A stretch of 64,000 nt of DNA. It comes from an uncultured virus (IMG/VR IMGVR_UViG_3300010885_062120) (Duplodnaviria; Heunggongvirae; Uroviricota; Caudoviricetes). The stretch lies in IMG/VR virus record IMGVR_UViG_3300010885_062120, one strand, 5' to 3'. Each line of letters opens with the position of its first letter. Position 1 is the first letter of the stretch. Below are positions 7,538 through 17,614 of the stretch, one piece after another. The notes beneath the pieces are model-generated. The model ran no database searches, was not told the origin of the DNA, and worked only from the letters and a program-made list of their open reading frames with translations. The translations under genes were made by a program, and so were the position numbers.

Positions 7538-10460
7538 ATCTTATATAAACGGTAGAGCTCCAAACGGGGACACCATATCTCTGACCATTATAAGGTGTAG
7601 CTTTAAAGATATACACTTCGCCAGATTTTGTTTGATTCGCAGCAACTACCTTACCTGTAAAAGCAGCAGTAGAACCCACGCCAGAAGTTGCGCCAATACC
7701 GCCAGAACTATCTAAATACCATTGAACTAATGTATTATCAGGAAAATTATCAGGTATATTATTTGGATTCCTGTAATCATAAACTGCCACCAATGCATCC
7801 CCAGCAAGGGCTGATCGCAAGGATGTGTCTTGGTCAATTTGGATCGTGTTTGCATTGGCATAAACAAACTCAGAATTTCCTATTCCACTTATTATGTAAG
7901 GAACTTTATCACCATTTAAAGTCACAATATTTGATCTTGTCGCTAATCCTGTGCTAAAGCTATCGGATGGAGTTACTTCAACAAAGAATTTATCTCCTTG
8001 GGCAAATGTTGCACCAATACCAATATCTACTTTCTTTTGTGTAATTCTGTTATTATAACTTGTTATCGGAAAATACTTTTGACCGCCAATGACCTGGCTT
8101 TGCCCCGTACCAGAGTATGCCGATCTATATCTCCACCATACAATTTCTGTTCCATTTTCATCTGCATCATTTGGAGAATAAAAAGTGTAATCAACAGTTA
8201 ATCTTTGATAAATTGTAGGATTAATCAAAGTGCCATTTTCATCAAAAACTTGAGGCATCAATTTGGTATTAAGCGCAGATGGAACTTGTGTTTGGTTGTA
8301 TTCAGAAAGTAAACTTGGATTATCTAAAGTTGTGTAAAATAACCCAAAATTTCTTATATCAACTGGTACAGGATCGCCCAAAATATCAACTGAAGGATCA
8401 TAATTTTTAATTTCAACACCAACTCGATAATATCCAGAATGCTCAATATAAATTGATATATTATCAGTAGGCTCAAGTTCTTTTGCAAAAGTTACAGTAC
8501 CTTCTTCTGGGCTAAGCCAATATCCTCCACGAACAATAGTTTGATTTTTAAGAACAATTACTATAGCATCTTGTGGCCATCGTCCATTAAATAGGGTATA
8601 TGTTTTATAGTCTGTGGTTGTGGTAGGCTCACCCTTGGACGCATATTTGGAAGAAGGAGTGGTAATAGTAACATAAACTTTTGGTAAATTACCATTAGCA
8701 TCTCTTCTAAGAGCAGGATTAAAAATAATTAAACCATTAGATGGCAAAGTAGAATATGCTGATGTGCTTACTGCTGAATATCTATTTTGAGTATCTTTTA
8801 ACTCAACTAATATTTCATCAGTAGACAGCCATGTTCTTGCTCGGTTATTTTTAAGAACTGTGTAATTTACAAGATTATCATCGCCTTGTGTCTCCAATCT
8901 AGAATCAACACTTTGTTGAGTGAACAAAACACCACTTTGTCTGTTTGGAAGGGCACTTTTTCTAGAAGTGTGGATAACAGAAAAATCAGAAAAATCTGTA
9001 GAGTTTCCTCTGCAGATACCCCATGTGGCAGTAGCTGTGTCAGGTAAGAATTGTGAAGCTGATAAAATCGCTTCAAACATCATGCCATTAACCATTTGGA
9101 CAGGTGTATACAAATATTGAACTGAAGGAGATACTGTTTTATGATACAAAGACTCCAAAACTGGCCTTGTTACAGAAGAAGAACCAATATTCCACCCATC
9201 AGACAAATCAACTTGATATTCTAAAGCTAATATTTCTTCTTTCAGAATGAAATCAGAACCAGATGGAATATCAGCCCAAGGTGTAAAGTTTAATCTATCA
9301 AAAGACCAGCGAGCTCTAACATAACAAGATGCACCATACGCATCTTCTATGACTGGAGAGAATGAAGCGCCAATACCACTTATCCAAGTAGGATTTAAAA
9401 AATCATATTTTTTACTCCAACTTGATTTAAATAAACTATTTACACCATTGTGCAACAATGTAGAAAGCGAATTGTCCCAGTCTCCCGATTCAGATATGTG
9501 AAAATGATAACCATTTGTGTCAGAAGAGATTTCTCTAAGCTTAGATTCTTTATGTGATTTTCCGAGTCCAAAAGTTAAAACTGGTGCACCACTGTCGCCC
9601 CAAGCACTATTTGCCGCCAAGACAGTTACAGAGGATGCTTCTGCACTTGAATTATCTCCATCGCCAATAATTGTCCCAAGTGGAATAAAAGTTTTAGCCC
9701 ATCTATTTATCAAATAATCTGTGACATCACTGTAGTTGCAAATTGTATCAGAAGTAAAATTTCCACCTGAAGGATCACCCCAGGCACTTCTTGTGCCAGA
9801 AGGCAATGAGTTCCAATAATCAATAATATCATTTAATCTTAAACAACTGATTGAGTCTAGATATAATACGACATCATTCACTCTAATTCTATTGTTTACA
9901 GTGTCATTTTCTTTGATTATAGCGTCGTATACACTTTGGTAGTTCAATCCACTCATTACTAATGGCGCAGTGCCTAAAAGGGTTGAATTTAAGCCTCTTT
10001 GGAAAAGAGCAGATGAATACAAAGCTATCGAATCTAGATCATTAGAATATCCGGAAGTTCTATTCAGCTCTTGTGTAGATATCACCCAATAGTCAGTATA
10101 TGAAGTTTTATAATTTCCAGTGCCTGACCAAGAAATACTTGAATCTGTGCGAGAATATAAATTTGTTAAAAAATTAGGCAAAGATGATTTTAGTTCTGTA
10201 CCTGTACCATAAAATGGATCACTCCAAGAAATCGAGGCAGTGTCATCTACAAGCAATGCATTCAAAAATTTTATATCACTTGTTATATTTCCATTGTCAT
10301 CTAAAATAATTCCACGGAAATTTCCAGTAGTAAAATCTACATTATTTATAGTTTCTATTGGAGCCACTGGTGTTTGAAAATAAACACGAAAGAAAAAATC
10401 TTCGTTTGTTCTTGCAGACCAAGTTGCCCCATTATATTTTACTAAATTTCCGTTCGGCAT
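7536..10460 (-). CDS. Large putative virion/tail protein with Ig-like C-terminal repeats
   Basis: 974 aa, beta-rich; repeated Y.F.....D...T...W...V.P units. Confidence 0.6.
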   Translation of the reverse strand: MPNGNLVKYNGATWSARTNEDFFFRVYFQTPVAPIETINNVDFTTGNFRGIILDDNGNITSDIKFLNALLVDDTASISWSDPFYGTGTELKSSLPNFLTNLYSRTDSSISWSGTGNYKTSYTDYWVISTQELNRTSGYSNDLDSIALYSSALFQRGLNSTLLGTAPLVMSGLNYQSVYDAIIKENDTVNNRIRVNDVVLYLDSISCLRLNDIIDYWNSLPSGTRSAWGDPSGGNFTSDTICNYSDVTDYLINRWAKTFIPLGTIIGDGDNSSAEASSVTVLAANSAWGDSGAPVLTFGLGKSHKESKLREISSDTNGYHFHISESGDWDNSLSTLLHNGVNSLFKSSWSKKYDFLNPTWISGIGASFSPVIEDAYGASCYVRARWSFDRLNFTPWADIPSGSDFILKEEILALEYQVDLSDGWNIGSSSVTRPVLESLYHKTVSPSVQYLYTPVQMVNGMMFEAILSASQFLPDTATATWGICRGNSTDFSDFSVIHTSRKSALPNRQSGVLFTQQSVDSRLETQGDDNLVNYTVLKNNRARTWLSTDEILVELKDTQNRYSAVSTSAYSTLPSNGLIIFNPALRRDANGNLPKVYVTITTPSSKYASKGEPTTTTDYKTYTLFNGRWPQDAIVIVLKNQTIVRGGYWLSPEEGTVTFAKELEPTDNISIYIEHSGYYRVGVEIKNYDPSVDILGDPVPVDIRNFGLFYTTLDNPSLLSEYNQTQVPSALNTKLMPQVFDENGTLINPTIYQRLTVDYTFYSPNDADENGTEIVWWRYRSAYSGTGQSQVIGGQKYFPITSYNNRITQKKVDIGIGATFAQGDKFFVEVTPSDSFSTGLATRSNIVTLNGDKVPYIISGIGNSEFVYANANTIQIDQDTSLRSALAGDALVAVYDYRNPNNIPDNFPDNTLVQWYLDSSGGIGATSGVGSTAAFTGKVVAANQTKSGEVYIFKATPYNGQRYGVPVWSSTVYIR

Positions 10461-10463
10461 TTT

Positions 10464-13400
10464 TTAATAACCTTGAATATTTGATTTAACCCAATTGATG
10501 ACCGCTGACCCACCAACAGCAACTGATTCTGTTGCGACTAGTGCGTACGTTGATCCTGGAGTTAATCCTGTAACATTTATTATAAATGATTTAAAGCCAG
10601 GATATGAGATGTCAGCAGCAGTAAATTTTTCAGGCAATAAATGTTGCTTTAATTTACCAATATCAATAACCTGATCAATATAATATAATCGGAAATCTGA
10701 TATTCTTGCAACCCTTGTCTTCAATATATCTGAAATACCATCAGAAACAGATAATCTCCAATATCTATGACTTGAAGTCTCTAAGTCTATAGATAATATA
10801 CTTTCCCAGCGCCCAGACCCAGCATGGATAGGAGGATCTATAGTTGCATTGGTGGCTGTTGTCCAGGTAGAATTATCATCAGAATATTCAAAAGTGACAG
10901 TTGGATCTTGGGTGTAATAAATTTTAGCAATAATTTTATTTACTGGTTTACTGTTTCCAAGCCCAAAATCGTATTTAGCGGTAATTCCAGCAGATGAGCC
11001 TGAGCTGGTAGATTCATAATATGTAGATGTATCATAAATATCATTGTCATACAGCCTTGGCGCAGGATTAAATCCCGAAGATGCCTGATAGCCTGGGGCC
11101 CAAGAGACAGAGTTTGTTGTAGACGCAGTTGTGGCCAAAGGTAAACCAGTTGGTAAGTTACCAGATGTATTATAAATAGCCACTTCCAATGTGTTATCTA
11201 AAGAGGTTTCGCCATCTGGTACATCTTTTCTGCTCAAGTAAAGTGATACTTTAGTTATTTCAGCAGTCTCCGCAACAAAAGTTTGCCCTAGTTTACTGCC
11301 CTCAAACGATTCTGAATTATCAATATATCTATTAATAGTGGTGCAAGCAGATCCTGTTTCAGGAGCTTCATCTGTGTGATACCATGTGTCACCATCATCA
11401 TTTGAATACCAAATTCCATTATCTGTAGATGCCAAAAGGCATGTTGCGGACAAAGCATACAAATCATTTATTGCAAGATCAGATCCATTTATTCTCTCAC
11501 ATTTTTCAAATGTCTTTGCTTCGTCAATGCTTCTGTAAACACCCTTATTGGTTCCAACAAAAATTTTATATAGTGTTTCACCAGTAGAAATAGTTTCAGT
11601 TGATGTTGCAAAACAATTACAAGAAATTCCTACTAAACTATGGTTTTCAACAACAAAGTCTTTTAAATCTTCTTGCGAATTATCAGGATCGCACCATCTC
11701 CAGTTCCTTACGGTGTAAACGCCGTTGGAAGAAAGGATAATTAAAGGTACAGATTTTGGCCTAGGACTTTGAAATATCTTATAATATTTCACTGGCACAT
11801 TTAAAGTGCTTCCATTGGGAGTTGTAACCAATACTATATTTGGTTTTGCTCCAAACATTTCTCTGCCAACTAAAATAGATGCATATTCACCCCTCGATGA
11901 AGCATTGCCGGTACACACAGCATACAATCCAACATTTGTACACAAATACAAACTATCGATTTGAGTTTGTTTTCTATTGTCTCCAGTACCTACGAATCTG
12001 TAGAACTTATTACTGTAAAGGCCATATACATTTGATCCATCAAGGTCATTGAAGTGATCAGATATAAATGATGTTACACCAGTGCCTTGTCTTACAAAAG
12101 CCAAGCCGTCATTTTTACCATAAGCATAAAAAGTATAATTGGTGTCCCAAGATCCTGACAAATAAGAATAAACTGCCTGTGGATATGTTGGATTTAAAAC
12201 CCAAGTATCATCGCTCTGTTGCTCATAAAGCCCGATGTCGGTTCCTGCCATAAGATAAGAACTTGATGCTTGTGTGGTAATAAAATAAACTTTATTTGCA
12301 TTGTCTAAAGAAGATTCTTTCACCCAATAAGATCCGTTGTAAATCCAAATCCCCTTATCTGTGCCAAGTCTCATGTCAGTGCCTGAGCTATTGGCATTAT
12401 TCATGATGTAAATAGATCTTGGAGGGCTAGAAACGTTTGAAGAACTTGGTTCAAGTCCAACAAATAAATTAGAAGATGAACTCCTACTATCAGCTTCACT
12501 AAGTGCAAAATCATAAAACAATGAATTCACAGGACCTCTATGAGATTTGTCAGCATATATTGGATCTGGTTCACCCGTAAAATTTGTAAATAAATTATTA
12601 TAATTTGAATTTGCAGTAATGCTTAATTGTAAGAGATTAGATCCTGCTATAGAATTCAAATGGTATGGCTGATTGCTTTGAATTAAACTTATTTTATCTT
12701 CTATGCCTGGGACATTCTGCAATGTAGCTTCGTAAACAGCTGTTGTAGTAATCGGAAGAGTGGTTGAACTCGACCTTGGTCTTAATAAAGTAATTATTCT
12801 TGAGCCAAATGCATCAGGTTCAACTTTGACCTGTAAAAATTCAGAAACATTTAAATTTGAATTTCTAAATTCTAAGAAATTTGCAGTAAATGGAACCTGT
12901 AATGGGTCAGAAACTGTTACGCCTGTACCAGCAGGAGCGCTTCCGCCCAGTGGAGATGCTAAAACTGTCAAAGGCGCATCTCCTGAAACTAGGGAGTTTA
13001 TCTGCTCTGCGTGTGGAGTGTCACCTACATTTGAAATAAATGCATTTAATTTAATGATTGTTAGCTTAACTACATCGTCAGCCGTAAGCGAACTTGCGAA
13101 AGTAATACGACCTTCTGTAGGATACAGTGAATAAATTTTATTTGCAGGTTCGTCGTTGATATAAACAATTACATCTGCGTCACTATACCAACTACTGGTG
13201 TAATAATTTAAATAGTCACTCTCAAGAATAAAACTTTGTCCAAGAGTTTGATCACTCGAAAATTTTACAGATTGATAGTATGTATTTAACGTGTAATCTC
13301 CAGAAGAAACTAAACCTTCTAAAGTTGTTCTATCTGAAGATATGGCTAAGCGATCTTCATAATATATAGTTGCTGTCGGAGAGGTATTAAATAAATTTAC

Positions 13401-16400
13401 AGGCCTATTCCAAATAGCATGTGATAATCTATACCCATTATTAATTATATAAATATCTGTATCTATTGTATTATAGGTATTTGTGCTTGTTCTTGTAGAT
13501 GTAATATCTATTGTATATGAGGTAATACCATCAATAATGCTTGTGTTGACATCTATTGTAAGGATTTCTTTATATTCTCCTGATACAACCTCAACTGTAG
13601 TATACCCAACAAGAAGATTTGGCTCAGTAACAAACAGCTGAGTATCTGCAGGGGCTAATTCTGTAGTAAGTATCAAAATTATAAGATTGTCTGGAGCTGC
13701 AGAAAGATATATACCTTCTTTTGTACCTACTATTAAAGATCTTGTTGCATGATGGTAGACTGTATTGATATTCCCTTGATTGTTTTGATCCCAATTTGAT
13801 TTTACTACAATTGTTGGAGACCAAGAATACTCACCTGAAACTTTAGAATCTGTTAAAATCCAAGGCGAATTTGTGCTCACAACTGCATATTGATTGGATC
13901 CAATTCTTTCTACAGCGTCTTTAAAAGGATAAGTGCTTGAGCCTAATAAAATTGGATTAACCCAAAACTCATAAAAACTTATAGGATCCGTGCCATAGGT
14001 CAAAGAACCACTAGAATCACTATCTGTATATGATATTGTGAAAATAGATCTTACCCAAGATTCTCCACCCAAAACTTCAACCCATGATGTTGAAGTCATA
14101 GACGCATACCTGGTAAGAACCCAGTTTGTTGAACCATTGCCTACTGTAGTGACAGTGTATATGCCATTTTGTGATTGATTAGTTTGGTTTTTAATCAATA
14201 CTCTATTACCTAAACTTAATTCAACATTGTCTATTTTAAGCGCAGCTTGAGCAGCGCTGTTTGTTAATGTTGCACCAACGCCAAGTGTGCCATTGTTATA
14301 AACTGCAGATAAATTTGCAGTTGTCGCTACATTAACTGTAATTCTGGCTGCATAGCTAGCAGAACTCCAGCCTTGCAATGGGTGATACCAATATTTAAGA
14401 TATGTATTTTGATCTGGTTGTTCTTCAAACAATCTAGCTGTGTGTGATATATAAACTTTTGTATCTGTAAACCAAAGTAAATCATTTGGTGAATTTTGTC
14501 TTATCCATAAAAACCCCTTTGGGATTTCAGCCGAGATTATTCTGGAAGAAGAGTATGCGCCTGTGTCTAGTGCTGTAGAAAATCCCTTATCTGAGCCAAT
14601 ATAAATAGTTCTGTCGTAATTTTCAGTGGTTACACCATTTTGAACTTGCAAATTTTGAGTTACAATTTCAGCTATGGCATATATTTCTTTAGGGCCTGCT
14701 ACAGACTCCCAGACACTTGTCCATGTAAATTCTGTACCACGGTATGCAAACGCAGTATATAATCCATTTGTAGTGCCAAGATAAATGGTCGTTGAATATT
14801 TATAATCTACTGCTCCATTGTTGTCAAAAGACTCTTTATTTGTAGAAACAAGAATCGCTGTTGCGAATGCTGGCGTTGAGACACTGCCGCTGAATTCTAT
14901 AGGCAGTGTAAATTTTTGCCAAGTGCTGCCTTGATCCTCTGTGAAGAATACTTTACCCTGGGCTGTGAGAACATATGTAACATTTGAAGGTTGACTATTA
15001 GTCCCTTCACTAGATCTCAACAAATCATCAGAAAAATCAATTATTTCTCCATTGTCTTGATTCCATGTTGATAAAGTTACTAGCAATGGATTATTAGAGG
15101 TCATTAAGCCTCTTTTTGTTTGATATAAAGCAGTATTTAATATAGAAGACTTCGCGATATTAAAAACCTCTGTAGTGTACTGTAAATCCTGATTGGTTAA
15201 TTCTGGATAAAATGTTTGATGGTCACCTGCAGATAATAATTTTTTATATGGTTGCAAGAGGGCAGGCTCTAAATATCTTGCTTGCCCTACATGATCTAAA
15301 GGCGCTATTCTTCTGGGATCAATAATTCCTTTTGTAAAAGTACCGGCACTTACATCTTTTAATCTAGTGCCAGACAATATGCCAGTTATTTCTCTGCCAA
15401 TTTTTTCCAATAGTATTCTTAAACTTGACAAGGTATAAGGAGAGCTCAATACTGGACTAAAAGAAATCGTACCCTCGCCAGAATTTATAGCATACAAGCT
15501 AGAAGAAACAACTACATCATCAAGGTAAACTACTGGATCCAAATACAACCCTGTGTCCCATCTGAATGTATTTTGTTGACCTGAAGAATTAGTACTGCCA
15601 TCTGTCAATGCTATTTTTGCAGCAGTTATAACAGCAGTGTTTTTGGCATACAAGTTAACCTGGGGAGATAAAGGCAAAATTATTTGTAAAAAAGCAGTTG
15701 TTGTTAGGGAATTTTTAAGATAAATTTTTCCAACTGCTGGGTCTAAGTAATAAGCAGTAGTTGGCAGTATAGCATTATTTAATCTTACTTCTGGAAATCC
15801 GTAATTCGCGGCAGACCAGTTCGAAACTCTAACATCAATGCCATTTACTGTTTCGTAAGTCAAGAAAACAGTAGAGCCAATAGGGCCTTTTGCTATAAGA
15901 GTTCTATTTGTAGATAAATTAATTTTACTTGGATGATTATTTCCTCCCAAGTGTATGTGCTTATAAAAACCCCGCCTAAGAGCGGCTTCAAAAGCTCCTG
16001 CTAAATTCTTTAATTGATTTCTTCTGTCATCATATTCAACAAGATCAACATAAGCGCTCGTTCCGGAAGGCTGGGAATAAACCCCAACTTGCACTGATGC
16101 CAAATAAGTTGCAGTGTGATATAAATTATAATTATAATCTGGGTCTAAGGGGCTTATTATAGTGGCCTTGCCCTCAGTTGCTAAACATGGACTGTTAGAT
16201 GCCCAGATATAATATACATTACTTTCATAATATCTAAAATAAACAGGCTCTTCTGTGTATGCCCTATAAGGACCAACTATACCATTGCCAATTGTGACTC
16301 TTACGCATTGTTCAAATGTATTTTGAAAAATTATATGCCCAGATTCGGCTCCTGTTAAATTTAAATTCAAATTCCAAATTGTTTTTTGATTTTCAGTACC

Positions 16401-16934
16401 TGACTCAACCCAAAAACACCTATAGGCCTCAAAAGCATCTATAAATTCCTGATTAGTATTGAATGAAGCGTGTCGAGACCACGAACTGGCACTGACTACA
16501 TAAATTCCATTGTCATCTTTTGTTGTTTGATTTTTTACTAAAACAATGTCTCCGACCGATAATAAGACTCCATCAATTGTTAAAAGACCACTAAATGACC
16601 CAATATTTACAGTTGTTGCTGCAGCACATATCAATACTGGTTGCATATTCATAAATACAATTCTGCGGCCCAGATAAGAATCTGGATCGTCATTGTATGC
16701 ATCAATTAAGGCAATTTGATCTAGTCTGATAGTGTTGTTTAAATCAGAAGAGTATGAAATGTCAGAAGATAGCTTTGTAACTTCCCAGCCTTCAATAATT
16801 CCAGGGCCAACAAACCCATATAGACCACCGAAAGAGTTATCAGTGGTCATCATATTTCTCTCATCAAATACTGGGTAAACTATGTCGCCCTGAGTAAGAG
16901 TGTAATATTGGTATATTGGTGTTATTTTTCCCAT
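10464..16934 (-). CDS. Very large tail fibre/baseplate-type protein
   Basis: Two ATT.N...ID.V.L..G..VL.KNQT....NGIY modules; beta-propeller/BNR-like repeats (GTNKGVYRS, SNDDGDTW); C-terminal discoidin-like segment (YSDDNSTW, RYWRL). Confidence 0.7.
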   Translation of the reverse strand: MGKITPIYQYYTLTQGDIVYPVFDERNMMTTDNSFGGLYGFVGPGIIEGWEVTKLSSDISYSSDLNNTIRLDQIALIDAYNDDPDSYLGRRIVFMNMQPVLICAAATTVNIGSFSGLLTIDGVLLSVGDIVLVKNQTTKDDNGIYVVSASSWSRHASFNTNQEFIDAFEAYRCFWVESGTENQKTIWNLNLNLTGAESGHIIFQNTFEQCVRVTIGNGIVGPYRAYTEEPVYFRYYESNVYYIWASNSPCLATEGKATIISPLDPDYNYNLYHTATYLASVQVGVYSQPSGTSAYVDLVEYDDRRNQLKNLAGAFEAALRRGFYKHIHLGGNNHPSKINLSTNRTLIAKGPIGSTVFLTYETVNGIDVRVSNWSAANYGFPEVRLNNAILPTTAYYLDPAVGKIYLKNSLTTTAFLQIILPLSPQVNLYAKNTAVITAAKIALTDGSTNSSGQQNTFRWDTGLYLDPVVYLDDVVVSSSLYAINSGEGTISFSPVLSSPYTLSSLRILLEKIGREITGILSGTRLKDVSAGTFTKGIIDPRRIAPLDHVGQARYLEPALLQPYKKLLSAGDHQTFYPELTNQDLQYTTEVFNIAKSSILNTALYQTKRGLMTSNNPLLVTLSTWNQDNGEIIDFSDDLLRSSEGTNSQPSNVTYVLTAQGKVFFTEDQGSTWQKFTLPIEFSGSVSTPAFATAILVSTNKESFDNNGAVDYKYSTTIYLGTTNGLYTAFAYRGTEFTWTSVWESVAGPKEIYAIAEIVTQNLQVQNGVTTENYDRTIYIGSDKGFSTALDTGAYSSSRIISAEIPKGFLWIRQNSPNDLLWFTDTKVYISHTARLFEEQPDQNTYLKYWYHPLQGWSSASYAARITVNVATTANLSAVYNNGTLGVGATLTNSAAQAALKIDNVELSLGNRVLIKNQTNQSQNGIYTVTTVGNGSTNWVLTRYASMTSTSWVEVLGGESWVRSIFTISYTDSDSSGSLTYGTDPISFYEFWVNPILLGSSTYPFKDAVERIGSNQYAVVSTNSPWILTDSKVSGEYSWSPTIVVKSNWDQNNQGNINTVYHHATRSLIVGTKEGIYLSAAPDNLIILILTTELAPADTQLFVTEPNLLVGYTTVEVVSGEYKEILTIDVNTSIIDGITSYTIDITSTRTSTNTYNTIDTDIYIINNGYRLSHAIWNRPVNLFNTSPTATIYYEDRLAISSDRTTLEGLVSSGDYTLNTYYQSVKFSSDQTLGQSFILESDYLNYYTSSWYSDADVIVYINDEPANKIYSLYPTEGRITFASSLTADDVVKLTIIKLNAFISNVGDTPHAEQINSLVSGDAPLTVLASPLGGSAPAGTGVTVSDPLQVPFTANFLEFRNSNLNVSEFLQVKVEPDAFGSRIITLLRPRSSSTTLPITTTAVYEATLQNVPGIEDKISLIQSNQPYHLNSIAGSNLLQLSITANSNYNNLFTNFTGEPDPIYADKSHRGPVNSLFYDFALSEADSRSSSSNLFVGLEPSSSNVSSPPRSIYIMNNANSSGTDMRLGTDKGIWIYNGSYWVKESSLDNANKVYFITTQASSSYLMAGTDIGLYEQQSDDTWVLNPTYPQAVYSYLSGSWDTNYTFYAYGKNDGLAFVRQGTGVTSFISDHFNDLDGSNVYGLYSNKFYRFVGTGDNRKQTQIDSLYLCTNVGLYAVCTGNASSRGEYASILVGREMFGAKPNIVLVTTPNGSTLNVPVKYYKIFQSPRPKSVPLIILSSNGVYTVRNWRWCDPDNSQEDLKDFVVENHSLVGISCNCFATSTETISTGETLYKIFVGTNKGVYRSIDEAKTFEKCERINGSDLAINDLYALSATCLLASTDNGIWYSNDDGDTWYHTDEAPETGSACTTINRYIDNSESFEGSKLGQTFVAETAEITKVSLYLSRKDVPDGETSLDNTLEVAIYNTSGNLPTGLPLATTASTTNSVSWAPGYQASSGFNPAPRLYDNDIYDTSTYYESTSSGSSAGITAKYDFGLGNSKPVNKIIAKIYYTQDPTVTFEYSDDNSTWTTATNATIDPPIHAGSGRWESILSIDLETSSHRYWRLSVSDGISDILKTRVARISDFRLYYIDQVIDIGKLKQHLLPEKFTAADISYPGFKSFIINVTGLTPGSTYALVATESVAVGGSAVINWVKSNIQGY

Positions 16935-16940
16935 AAGTTA

Positions 16941-17603
16941 TTAATATAATTTTACAAAACCATCAATGGTTTTAAAAGGTCTGTCTCTTCTAGAAACTGC
17001 TCCACCATTTGTATTGTTTTCTGCGGATGTGTTGAACTCAATAGTTTTAACACTATCAGAATCAATTGAAGACACAATTCCAATATGATCAGGCAATACA
17101 TCGACATCAAATTGAAACAATACTAGATATCCAGGTTTTACAAGTTTTCTATTGGCAGCACTGTTTTTCAAATATTTATCTTGATTTATGGCTGTTTCTT
17201 TAATTTCTCTAACACGAGCAGATGGTCTAAAAAACCTGTTTTTAATTACAAGCAAGACAGATTTAAATACAGAAATTGCATTTTTCTGATTATATTTAAT
17301 TCCTGACAAATCACAAAAAGTTTTAGCTGCAGCAAAGCTTAAACCAGCAGCACAAAATGGCATCCAAGCTTTGCCATCCTTAGTACCAAGGCCAAACAGT
17401 CTTAAAAATCTTGCAACTTGCTCTATATTATTTGACCTCGAAATGCCTAAATATTCTGAGCTTGTTTTTAATAACTCCAATGCAAATTCTTGATTACTAA
17501 AAGTTGACAATAAAGAGAAATCTAATTCTTTAAATTCACCTTCCTCAACAAGCTTTTCTAAATCTACAATTGGTACATCGTTGTCTTTGATTTGTTCTTC
17601 CAT
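16941..17603 (-). CDS. CHAP-domain peptidoglycan hydrolase
   Basis: PFCAAG (Cys), KPGYLVLF, DHIGIV (His), TIEFNT..GGAVSRR. Confidence 0.85.
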   Translation of the reverse strand: MEEQIKDNDVPIVDLEKLVEEGEFKELDFSLLSTFSNQEFALELLKTSSEYLGISRSNNIEQVARFLRLFGLGTKDGKAWMPFCAAGLSFAAAKTFCDLSGIKYNQKNAISVFKSVLLVIKNRFFRPSARVREIKETAINQDKYLKNSAANRKLVKPGYLVLFQFDVDVLPDHIGIVSSIDSDSVKTIEFNTSAENNTNGGAVSRRDRPFKTIDGFVKLY

Positions 17604-17614
17604 TATGTTGCTCC

